This document shows positions 25,817 through 37,382 of a DNA stretch of 64,000 nt, piece by piece (within the stretch, counting starts at the first letter, position 1; the number at the start of each line of letters is the position of its first letter). Source of the DNA: Octopus sinensis (Eukaryota). The translations under genes were made by a program, and so were the position numbers. The stretch is from assembly GCF_006345805.1 (NCBI RefSeq), contig NC_043010.1, forward strand, positions 58,280,001-58,344,000. Reading direction: 5' to 3'. Under the pieces are notes generated by a model. That model did no database searches and was not told where the DNA came from. It saw only the letters and a list, made by a program, of their open reading frames with translations.

Positions 25817-26126
25817 ATATATATGCTGTCACATATACACAGTCCTATATTCTTATGTGACTGTGTCTTCCAGTGATTAAATATTTTAAAGATATTCTAT
25901 TTAAATATCGTTACATTCATTGCTTTCCCTCTTATTCCCTCTTCTCTCTCGCATTCTCTCCCTCTTTTTCATTCTCTCACTCTCTTTTACTCTCTCTCTC
26001 TCTCTCTCTCTCTCATTCTGTCTGTTATTTCTCCTCTTTTTTCTTTTATCGTCACATGTATGTCAAATACCAAATTCTATTCATACACATTTCAAAATAC
26101 ACACATAAATAGATATACATGTGAAT

Positions 26127-26171
<45 letters not shown>

Positions 26172-26769
26172 ACTTCATATATATATATGTAGGTAATGAT
26201 AATAAGGTTCGAAGAAATGAGAGAATTCTTTCTCTTTTATATACAACTACAGAAAGTCTCTGCATCCTGTGTGTGTATATAAATATGTTATATATATATA
26301 TATATATGAATATATATAAATTGATATTAATTCAAACAAGTGGAGGAATAGAAGAAAAGTTGAAAAATGCACAGAGAATATATTAGAATTAATTAGAATT
26401 TAACTATATTTTAAAGTATAGGAATACACTTTACCGGTTTCACATTAGATTTTCAAAAGTGTATAGTAAATGGAGCTGTGTCCTCAATTAGGTCTATTCA
26501 GGCTGTTGTTATGGAAATAGTTTATATATGAGTGTATGTATGTGAATGTGTGAATGCATATGGTATGTATGTATGTATATATGAATAAGTTTATTGTATG
26601 ATATATGGATCTGGAAATCATGTGGCTATCACAGGAAGCTCCAATAACAAATACTACATGAAAAGGATTGTGAAACAGCTGTAATCCCAACGATGTTACA
26701 TGATTAAGTAAATATATGTTTAATTTTCATACCTCCTAACTTTTAAGGCTTATATATATATATATATAT

Positions 26770-27763
26770 AGGAGATAAATAAAAATATATGCATACATAC
26801 AAACATATATGTACGTACCTACATCTACATGTATATATACATGCATATATAAATAATTATACGGGAGTACAGGACATCACAATAAGACGTAGAAACGGAA
26901 AAAGCCAAAAAACAAAAAACAAGAAAACGGAAAACGAAAAACAAATACAGGACGAGCTACACAAGGACAAAACCCCCGTCATCAGCTGTCGCTAGAGGAG
27001 TCAGGCATGTTTCGAAGGCATAACAGAACACTAATCCAATAGGCCTTCCTGCGAGAGAATTAAAATAAAATTTCAAGCAGCGGGGCACAATGAGTACGAA
27101 CACAAACAAGACGTAACAATAAGACTGCAAAATTAAAATACATGTACAAAAACAAACACAAGAGGACGAACGAAAAAGCCTTTTTTCTGGCATAGACAAA
27201 CAATAAAACTGCAAAATAAAAATACATGTACAAAAAGTACAATTAGTTACAAAACGAGAAAATAACAAGAATACTATACAGGAAATCAACCACACAAGGG
27301 GACGAACAAAGAAGCCTTTTGCTGGCAAGGACGAAAGTGTAGTAGCAGCGCGTGGAGGCAGTCTTTTCAATAGTGGGAACCACGTGTAAAGGAATTTTGT
27401 TTTATAGGCAAGGAAGAGGGAAGGAGGAGGGGGACACGCGGCGAAGAGAGAGGAGGAGGGGGAGGGAGAAAGATTGAAGAGGTTAAAGCAAAGGGAGAGA
27501 GTACCGCATCTTCAATATAATAATAAAATATAAAAAAGGGGACCAAGAAGTGGATCGAAACGACGAATCGGAACGAACCTGATGCGGGGCGCTGTCAGAC
27601 AATAAGGAGATAAATAAAAATATATGCATACATACAAACATATATGTACGTACCTACATCTACATGTATATACATGCATATATAAATAATTATACGGGAG
27701 TACAGGACATCACAATAAGACGTAGAAACGGAAAAAGCCAAAAAACAAAAAACAAGAAAACGG

Positions 27764-27767
<4 letters not shown>
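26770..27767. mobile_element. About 1-kb insert with near-identical terminal direct repeats inside (TA)n
   Basis: 26770-26934 equals 27605-27767 apart from a 2-nt TA indel; period 835 bp; CpG-rich interior. Confidence 0.8.
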
Positions 27768-27803
<36 letters not shown>

Positions 27804-27867
27804 CATACATACTACATACATACATACATACATACATACATACATACATACCTATAGATATATGCAC

Positions 27868-28205
27868 ACATGGAGACCCCCTTCAGTCATGAATGAGTAT
27901 GGGATTGCTCCTAGAAACTTGCACTCCATGGCACAAGTCCGGACAAGGTTGTTTATGGAAGACCAGCGTTCGTCCATTCATACCAGCCTCCCCTCTCCAT
28001 GCCACTGATGTTATCCAAGGGAAAGGCAAAGGCCAATACAGCTTGGCACCGGTGATGTTGCAACTCATTTCAACAGCTATGTTAACTGGAGCAATGTAAA
28101 ATAAAGTATCTTGCTCAAGAACACAACATGCAGCCTGGTACGGGAATCAAACTCACAACCTCACGATCGTAAGCTCAACGCTCTAACCACTGAGCCATGC
28201 ACCTT
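27868..28205 (-). mobile_element. tRNA-head SINE, family B (near full length)
   Basis: Near-copy of 57250-57578 and reverse complement of 49305-49635. Confidence 0.88.
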
Positions 28206-28242
<37 letters not shown>

Positions 28243-28898
28243 TATCTCTTATTATAAAAGGCAGATTTTATCTGCCTCCCTTTGGGAGTTATACAAATCT
28301 ACAATATAGGATTTCTTCAATTACAATTTACCTAGCAGTTTTGAGAGTACAATGCATCGCGTCATGCCAGGTCCAGTTTTTAAAATTTAAACTCCAATTA
28401 AGCAAAATTTACAGAAAACTCACATTCTGGTGTGTGTGTCAAATGCTTTTCTTAGTCTGGTTTACAGCACACGCAAACGCACACACACAGTGGGCAAGGA
28501 ATAAAATGAAAGTAATTCACTTACTGTAGTGAGTGATTCTTTCACTCTGCCTCCCACTTCCTCTTTAGACACATAGAAAAAACTTTTATTTTTTTACATA
28601 AGTAATGAGAGCGAAAGAGACTAAGAGAAAGCGATTGTATGACGAGGGAAGTTCCTTTGAAGTTACCGTGCATGGGACTCATTGATGTACATGTGTGTGT
28701 GTGTGTGTGTTTGATGGAGTGTGGGAGACAGACAGTATGTTGTGTAAGTGAAGTGCTTCTGTTAGTGTGTGTGAAGAGACAGAGAGAGTAATGTGTGAAA
28801 GAGAGAGATAACTGAAATTTTTTACTCGGTTTATGTGTATATGTATGTATGCATGTATGTGTGTGTGTGTGTATGTATGTGTGTGTGTATGTATGTAT

Positions 28899-29739
28899 TT
28901 ATATATAAAAGAAAGGTTGTGTGTCTGTCTACTCCGATTTAGATTCCTAACTACTCCCACATTTTGCGATGCAGTTTAACCAAAACCGGGTATCTTATAG
29001 TCGTGATTCATATCGAGCCCTTCTGGGTATTAGCGCGCGTCTACGATGAGTCTATGATTTTACAAATAATTTACCATCATTTTTTTCCATTTTAATGCAT
29101 TTTTTAAAAATAAACGGAAGTAACTCTCAAACTTCACACCAATATGCGTGCTCATATGCGACGTAATATCACATCACCAGCATTTCCTCACACCCTCCTT
29201 GCACTTGGCGAAGGCAAAATACCAGGGGATGAAAATGGTAATATTGCCATCGATTCCATTTGTACCATTGTTAAGACGCCTTCTGATCTCAGAGATGCAG
29301 TGTTCCCAGATTTACAAGCTAATTATCAGAATATGGATTGGATTGGCAAAAAGGCTATACTGGCCCCGAGGAATAAACTGTTCACCATATTAATGATGAA
29401 ATGCTAAAACTCATTCCTGGGGAAGTCGATGTATATCAGTCTATCGATACAACTCCTGACCCAGAGGACGTCATCAACTATCCAATAGAGGTACTCAATT
29501 CCTTTGAGCACCCCGGACTACCACCACACTTTCTCAAACTTAAAGTTAGTGCCCCTATAATGCTCATCAGAAATTTGGTTCCCCCAAAACAATGCAATGG
29601 CACACGTTTGGCGTTAAGTCCTTATCTCCCACCGTAAGCTTATTTCAATATTTGCCTGAATAATCATCATAATTCAGTGCAATCATTAACAGTACTTTCA
29701 AGCAATTCAGCCCCGAGCAACGCCGGGCAATTCTGCTAG
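28899..29739 (+). mobile_element. Non-autonomous Helitron carrying a PIF1-like helicase fragment
   Basis: LLALGEGKI...KKAILAPRN, NYPIEVLNS..PGLPPHFLKLKVSAPIMLIRNL...CNGTRL; subterminal hairpin CCCGAGCAACGCCGGG; CTAG end at 29736-29739 followed by T; 5' end approximate. Confidence 0.88.
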
Positions 29740-29811
29740 TGTATGTATATGTATATATATATATATATATGATGTATGTATATATGCACTTAATTTATAC
29801 TTCTAATAGTA

Positions 29812-29883
29812 TTAACCTTTAGCACACTTAGGTGCATCGTATTGCTCTGCAACATGATGCACCTACAGTGTGCTAAAGGTAAA
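29812..29883. mobile_element. About 70-bp hairpin mini-MITE with TTAA-like flanks
   Basis: TTAA-CCTTTAGCACACT-TAGGTGCATC ... GATGCACCTA-C-AGTGTGCTAAAGG-TAAA. Confidence 0.7.
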
Positions 29884-30439
29884 TAATAGTTAAATTTTAC
29901 AAAATTATTTTCTTCATTCTGTATTGTAACGAACACACTGGAATAGATTCCAGTTGACTTTAAAGACAGCCTTCATCTATGTAACCCACTTTCTCTCCCT
30001 CCTCCACTGCAACTGCTTGAAACATGAATTTTCTCCCCTGACAACTTATTATGCACCCCCATTTGTCCTTTATATATCTATATATTTAGGTATATTCCCT
30101 CCAAACACCACATGCATGGGTAGAGAACTGGATATATCTATGCATATGCATGTATATATAAGTGAGTATAGGTATATAGGAAGTATAAAGAATGTTTAGT
30201 TAGACATAAATATTTAAAGTTTTTCATGTAACTACCCTGTTCTGTCTTCTGGCCAACCTGAAGCCCTAGCCCCTTCCTTCCTTCCTCCCTGTTTTGGTGC
30301 TTCCTCTACGTGTACAGGGTTGAGGAAATTGTAATTTATTGAGTAAATTCACTAGGTTTGACAGCTGGCCAGTGTTTGCATATCTTCTTTTCAAGTGCTG
30401 ACAATAGTTTCATGACTGCCTTGCCATTCTTCTTTCCAA

Positions 30440-30960
30440 GTCCACAATTTCAGGGCCACCACAATGAAAGGAAGGACTGGTGAGATTTCTGAAATGCTGG
30501 AGTGCAGATGTGTGCTGTGCAAAAGAAATAAGATTGAGGGAAGACTCTGCTAGATTCCTCATGGGTAAGAAACAGAGGTTTAAATTCTTTCAGGTAAGCA
30601 ATAACGATGGAGGTTGGTGTAGGCCTACCTATGCCAGAAAAATGGGTGGATAAGGTAACTGAGGCAGTCAGAGGACTTACTATTTAAAGACCCAGCAGAC
30701 TGGCAGAAATTTAGAGATTTTCTAATGGAAGCTTCTGACAAGAAGTTGGAGACATGTAACTTAGAGGATAACTGGAAGTGCCTTTGAGACAATCTACTGA
30801 AGGCTACAGACCAAATCTGTGGCTGGTGCAAAGTCTTACTCAGGCCAAAAGTGACATAGCAGTGGAACAAGATGGTAGACAGCACTATAAAAGCAAAATG
30901 ATAGGCCTGGAAAAATGGTGGAAGCAGAGAATTATATCAAGTGTCCAGATGAGAAGCTAG
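30440..30960 (+). mobile_element. Degenerate RTE-clade LINE ORF remnant (APE start plus linker)
   Basis: MKGRTGEISEMLE (APE-like start); NWKCL*DNLLKATDQICGWCK...WKNGGSRELYQ. Confidence 0.6.
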
Positions 30961-31291
30961 GCAACAAGTTTACATAGCAATAAATAAATAAATAAATAAA
31001 TAAATAAATGGATGGATGGATGGATGGATGGATGGAGAGAGAGAGAGAGAGAGAGAGAGTTTGGTAGGTAGGTAGGTAGGTAAAGGAGACAAAATGCAGG
31101 AATGAAGACAGGAAACAGTGAAAATAAAGAACTGAGAGAGAACGGTAATTTGTTTGTGCCATTTTTGTTATGGTAGGCATCAACACACATCTATATTCAT
31201 ATTGACACATAGTAATTATAATGCTTTGAGTTCCCCAGTAGGTGGCACTGATGTTGCCCAAAGTTCACCATTGCTTTTCTAACCAATCACA

Positions 31292-31512
31292 TCTCTGTCT
31301 AACCTGCTTGCATTTAAATTAACATATCCAACCAGTTTTATGTTCAAACTAGCCATATCTGACCTCTCACACCCAACCTACAATGTCATTCTAAAAATAA
31401 ACAATCACATTGTTGAAATCTCAAAGCTACAAGATAATGCATGATTAATTCAAAACAACATGAACAAATAAAGCATTATATTTGTCAGAGGAATCAGAAT
31501 GTGAAACGGTTA
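31292..31512. mobile_element. Degraded TTAA-type MITE
   Basis: Ends in ...GAATGTGAAACGG-TTAA, similar in style to the other TTAA MITEs; left end eroded. Confidence 0.4.
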
Positions 31513-32174
31513 AACAGTGACTGACCCTCTGTAAATGTCTGTATTTCTGTCTGTGTGTCCTACGGTATTCTATTAACACAACTGATTAACTCTAATGAAG
31601 GAGTCATTTAATTATTTACTTTACTATCGTTTCAACTATTGTTTCTACACTCCCTCAATACAACATCACACTTTACAAACACACCACTAAGATTTCACTA
31701 ACACTTGTTCAACTCTTCTGCAACACTTTTCCAATACTTCAGTTGTATATCTGTACACTCCATTGGCACTTCTTTGATACTGTTATGACACTATACTAAA
31801 ATTCCACTGACACTATTGCGACATTCATTTGTCACCCTTTCAACACTCCATTGACACTTCTGCAACACTACAACACATTTGTTTTTACCCTTGACTTGTT
31901 GAGAGCCCAAATGCCCCACTTTCACAAATTGGTCAGCTCAACACTAGATGTCACAGGTCAGTCACACAACCAAGACAGAACTTCCAGAAAACAACAACCT
32001 AGGTTTGAGTTTGCTGAGCACTCAATGACCAACCTAAGTTCATATCCGTTGGTAAGCTGTGGAACCCGTGTTTATGACTACCTGGTAATGAGTCAAGGAG
32101 ATCACCTAGAATGGATGGTCAACATTCACCTGTAAGGATCTTGTACTTTTATGTTGATCGTGTACTTTTATTCC

Positions 32175-32400
32175 TCCGCAAGGACCATTAGGCCAGTTCA
32201 TCAGTTTCTCTGGCTTATATATTCCCCCATGCACAGGACACTGGTCCATTGCATGGTCCCCTCATTTTTGCCAGTCGAGCAAACTGAAGTAATACGAAAT
32301 GAAGTGTTTTACTCAAGAACACAATGCATCACCCTGTCCAGGAATCGAAACCACAGTCTTCTGACCATGAGTGCAATACCCCTAACCACTAAGCCATACA
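32175..32400 (-). mobile_element. SINE, family B (partial)
   Basis: TTTGCCAGTCGAGC...CTCAAGAACACAA...GAATCGAAACC...CCCTAACCACTAAGCCA. Confidence 0.7.
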
Positions 32401-32735
32401 CTTCCACTGTATTTTTGTTACATGGCCTAAATAGACTGCACCAACTCTATGTAATCGGACTCTCTCTAAATAGCCTCAATCATAACCCTGATTGGTAAGA
32501 TGGTAGAATATACAGAGGAAGGGACCCAGAGAGTAAGGGCAGTAAAATAAAACTGCTGCTCTGTGTGGAAATTGGTATTCATATCTTGGAGATAACTCCA
32601 GCATTCTTTGAGTGGAAGTATTTGAAGGTAACATCTTCTGAGACAAATCAAAACACACTGGGGTAGATTTTGTTTATGGAAACATTTGGAGTCAGCAGCT
32701 CAAGGAATAAATCTATCATCCTTCACCTTACTCAC

Positions 32736-32782
32736 AGCTGGAGTGATTTCCCATTTGCTCCAGTCTCCATATTTACAAGTAA
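32736..32782 (-). CDS. Candidate 47-nt second coding exon of the protocadherin (LLVNMETGANGKSLQ)
   Basis: Acceptor TTATTATTTACCTTCAG| and donor |GTGAGT; open in phase 0, matching the 33400 donor; no transcript evidence. Confidence 0.35.
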
Positions 32783-33400
32783 CTGAAGGTAAATAATAAC
32801 GATAGTATATAAATAATTAACCAATTAGCACCTACAAATTTTTGTTCCATCAGTTTGTAGGTTACCTCCCACCACCCATATATGTAACCCACAAATATAA
32901 ACCAGAACTGTAATATTATAAGCACCAAATGTATTTTGAGATAACCCCAGCAAATATGGAAACCCTTGACACACACAAAGATGCAGCCAGCAGTTATGAA
33001 TTACAGCACTGGTAAGCCAACTTCTTTGAACACCCAATTTAGTTGAGCAAGTATAATAGGGCTTGGATAGAGATAACACACGTGAATATTGAAAGGTGTT
33101 GCTCAAACCTGGTCGCTGAGAAAGACATAAAATATTTGACAATTATAAAATTGAATTTCAAAACTAAATCTTTGTTGTTATAACAAAATCAAAGTAGATT
33201 TTCTTCAAGATATTATGCTTGGTATTATTTGTAATACAGTCTTGCATTATCATTTAATGAAATTTGTAGTACCAACCATGATGAAAGTGTTTGTGGTACC
33301 ATCTGTGGTTGCATGCAGAATTAGTGACAGTTATTTAATCAAGAAAGAACATTGTGTAGATATGGTGAGTAAGAACATGTAGAAGAAAAGGGCAACTTAC

Positions 33401-35818
33401 CAATAGAACTGATGGAGGTCTCTTCTCTGATGTTAATGTTGTCGTCCATTCACTCTGTGATTCATATTGTGGATAGAACTCACATTTTGGTTCAAGAATC
33501 TGTGTGTTTCTATTCCTCCCCTCTGTCTGTTGTTTGGTGCCAGTTTGTGTTTTAGCACTGTGTGCCAACCCTTCATGCCCTTCCCTGTTACAAACAATTG
33601 TTTGGTCAACAGCCCTACTGGTCCTTGATCTAGACTGACCACAGTTACATTTCACAATACACAATGTGATGGACACTACAATCACCACAGATACTATTAC
33701 AGCTGCTACTACAATGATAATTAATAACGTTAAGTCTATTGCTGCATCGGGCTGTAACTGAGTAGCTGTCATTATGGACGATGTCCTGTTACTGACTGTC
33801 ACACTCAAAGACACAGTAGTTGTGGCTGACAACACTGGACTACCAGAATCCTTGACCACAAGCACCAATTGGTATGAGCCAGCATCGTTGAGATGAGGTG
33901 GACGTGAGAAAGACAATTGACCAGTGAAAGAGTTCAGTGTAAACAACTGTTTATTGTTACCGTTAAGTATTCCGTATTTGAGGAAGGCATTTAAATGACT
34001 GTCTCTATCAGACGCTCTAATCACAGTGATTTCACTGGTACTTTGGGGATGATAGTGGACATCAAGAGTGAAAGGGTCAACACTAGGAAATGTAAAATAA
34101 GGGGCATTATCGTTCTCATCTAAAACCTCTACAACCACATTGGCAGTGTTGTTCAGTGATGGCGTTCCCTTGTCTTTGACAAAAACCTTGAACTTATAGA
34201 CATCCTGTTGTTCCCTGTCCAAAACTATGGACGTTGAAATGAAACCATAATCCGTAACGTGAAACGGTATACCGTTTATATTATTGCTAATTAATCTATA
34301 AGACAACTGACCGCCAGCTTCTAAATCTTGATCAGTGGCATTGATGAAACCAATCGGAAAGTTTGGTATACCATTCTCATAGGTGAGGAATTTAAATGTA
34401 TCTTTGGTAAATTGTGGTTTACCATCGTTGATGTCTGTTACTTGGATGAAGATTTTCCTCTCTGTCTTCAAAGAAGGAGTTCCTTTGTCTTCACAAGAAA
34501 TACTAATGTCATAATGATCTCGTGTCTCTCTGTCCACTGATTTCTTTAAAGTTATTTTGAATTCATTTGATCCTAAATCTAAAAGTAAGAATTTATCATG
34601 CTCTAGCTTACATTCCACCTCACCATTCTGTCCAGTATCGTTATCAATAATACTGACATAAGCTATAAAACTACCAACTTTGGTTCCTTCAGAAATGGCT
34701 GCCGTGTTCTCTTTTATCTGAGTAACAAAGTTGATATCAATTTCAGGAGGATTGTTTCTTTCATTAATTACATTCACTAAAACAATGGCTGTAGAACTTC
34801 TTGGAGGATTCCCACCATCTTTAGCCATGATAAATAGTTCATAATTTTGTTTTTTAGCTCTTCTGAAAGCTTCTTGTAGAAAAATCTCTCCTGTCATGTG
34901 ATTGAGTCTGAAATAAGTTTTCACTTTCTCTGGTGTTTCCGAACTGAAGAAATAACTAACATGACCATTTTCTCCCGAATCTAAATCTTTCGCAGACACC
35001 ATTGCAATTGGCCTGTTTCTTTGATGCGTGTTCCTTACTGAGATGTTATAAATATCTTTATTAAATACTGGTGAATTATCATTTAAGTCTATGACAGATA
35101 TGTGCACATCTAAAACACCTTGTTTCGATGGATAGCCTCCGTCTTTGGCAATAACTTGCATATTATAAGAATCTTTAACCTCTCTGTCTAATTTCCTTGC
35201 CAAAATGACTCCCAGTTCAGAACTACCAGTAATGGTTTTCCTTGCAGACAATGTAAATGGTAAGTCTGGTTTATTTCTTAACTGATATGATATCTTTGAA
35301 TTCACAACTCCAACATCTCTATCAATGGCATGTGGTAGAGTTTTGATTGTACCAATTCCATCTGTTTCGTAATAAACTATATTCTCAAGTCTTTCTGGGA
35401 ATTCTGGATGGTGGTCATTAACATCTTCTATGATTACTTTCACTTTTAAAATTCGCATAAACATGTCTGCCTGTCGGACAGCAACTTTAACGATGGTATA
35501 ACAGTCCTTTTTGGGACTGCACAGCTGCTCAGCATCCAATATCCGAGCTGTGTGAAGTTTACCTGAAGTAGTCACGTTGAACAGTTGATTAGAACCAAAT
35601 TTCCTCTGCTGAAGTTGGTTAAATGTTGTTTGGAGGGAACCTTGGTATGGGGACGTATTTAGAAGAAGAAAGTCTGCTGCGATATCACCAACATAGGTTC
35701 CAGTATTGCGTTCTTCTTCAACATGGTAAGTGATATCAACTAAACACAAGAAGCCAGGGAAGAGGTGAAAGTTTAATGCTAACGTAATCAACACATGCCA
35801 ATATGTAAATGTAGTCAT
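33401..35818 (-). CDS. PCDH: Protocadherin, large exon: signal peptide, 6 EC repeats, TM helix, start of cytoplasmic tail (family-level call; paralog unknown)
   Basis: Motifs DVNDHHP, LDRE, DLNDNSP, VDRE, DINDGKP, LDRE, DENDNAP; Cys-X5-Cys in EC1 (CSPKKDC); hydrophobic TM LLIIIVVAAVIVSVVIVVSITLCIV. First ATG at 35818 with an upstream in-frame TGA; acceptor (TTC)n-TTTCAG| before 35851; donor TTG|GTAAGT at 33400. Track residues after L807 are intron read-through. Confidence 0.96.
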
Positions 35819-35927
35819 CACTAAAATATCTGTGATGGGGAAATATCAAACCTGAAAGAAGAAGAAGAAGAAGAAGGAAACTGTGTGAGGGACATCAGGA
35901 AAGGAACAAAGACAAACAGCAAGTTAA

Positions 35928-36147
35928 CCCTTTCGTTACCAACCCGGCTGAAACCAGCTCTAGCTCTGAGTACAAATGTCTTATTTTCATAAATTTTGAA
36001 TTAAAACCTTCCACCAAACCTTAGTTACAATTTATGTTCCTAACACCAGCTGAATGATAACTAAGTTATTTTACTAAATTCTTTGTTATATTTAAAAGTA
36101 ATTGAAAGAAACACAGAGCATCTCAAAATAAATACAGTACGAAAAGG
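35928..36147. mobile_element. piggyBac-type MITE with TTAA TSD
   Basis: TTAA-CCCTTTCGTTAC ... GTACGAAAAGG-TTAA; second copy at 55269-55479. Confidence 0.85.
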
Positions 36148-36474
36148 TTAAACAAAAATAAAACAAACAAGAGAAACTATCAGTAAAGTGTTCTTACCCA
36201 ATGTTACCTGACCCTTTATGTCTTGGTGAACCTGTATTTGAAGGGGGAGATAGAATGGCTCCTTGTTTTATTTTATTGAATTTTTTTTTGTGATTTACTG
36301 TTAAGAGGTAAAGCAGAGCCTTAAACAACTTTTTAGGGACTTTGTGATTGATGGGAGGAAGTTATCCTCGGATACAGAGACGTGACCTGAATGACTACAA
36401 CACAAACGACTCGGCTAAACACACTTACAGACCAAGTGGTGTGTTAGACTGGATCATAGATTAAAACATCTTTT

Positions 36475-36506
<32 letters not shown>

Positions 36507-36739
36507 ACATGATGGGTACAGTTCCTATGACACAGACTAACTGAAACATGAAAGGCTGGAAATTATCTGATGCTTACATTCATTTCCCAAATAAATAGCC
36601 GAAGGTAGTTACAAGAATTTGAAAGAAATTCACTATTTCTTCTAGCACACACACACATGCATGATACGCATATTAGTATGCATGCATGTATATATATATA
36701 TACATGTATGTATTATATATGTTAGCATATATGCATGCA

Positions 36740-36772
<33 letters not shown>

Positions 36773-37022
36773 AAAAACATTTGTATGTATGTATGCTTAT
36801 ATGTATGTAAGTGGTTATTTAAAGTTTTGGTATACATCTTGTAGACTGCTGATTAAAGCAGTTTCACTGTTTATGGCTACCTGATGTCATTCACAGTTTT
36901 GATATAAACACTACAAGATCTACCTCAGGTATTCCTCAGTGGTCATCAAGTAAATAACAAATGAGAGAAAGAGAAAATGGAATTCACAAGACTTTCGACC
37001 CACTTTTGTGTTTTATTTACAA

Positions 37023-37382
37023 CTAGCAGTATCGTCCAGCATTGCTCAGGTTTATTTCGACCCTTTAGAATTGGAACTTTTGAAAAGTAAAAATTTTGCA
37101 TTATGTGGCTTGTTATTCTCTTTAAGTGAACATTTTTCTGGTTGAAATTGTAAAAAATAGAGGTTTTCATAGAAGAAAAGCACCTTTTTGATGTAAATAA
37201 TTTTTGGTGTTAACATGGTCCGATTTGAATTTTTTCTTCTACAGAAGGAAGAGCAAGCCTTCTTCTATCATACTCTCAATTTTGGTCAACTTGCGCTGCA
37301 GGGTCTCAGAGGAGATAGTGTTAGTTGAAGGCTACCAAACCTGCCACACACAGACAACTTCAGCTTTATATATAGAGAGAGA
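37023..37382 (-). mobile_element. Short non-autonomous Helitron
   Basis: Minus strand A|TCTCTCTCTATATATAAAGC... 5' end; decayed hairpin CCTGAGCAATGCTGGA then CTGCTAG|T, matching the 29739 end. Confidence 0.7.

Noticed and set aside
26965-27050. Minus-strand GAAAC...CTGATGA arrangement as a type II hammerhead
   Set aside because: There is a C.C mismatch at the base of stem II and no valid NUH triplet or stem III. At most it is a scrambled relic.
33335-33400. C-terminal VSCPFLLHVLTHHIYTMFFLD of the 828-aa ORF, and its GTG start at 35821
   Set aside because: It lies after a canonical GTAAGT donor, so it is intron read-through. Eukaryotic initiation is expected at the ATG at 35818.
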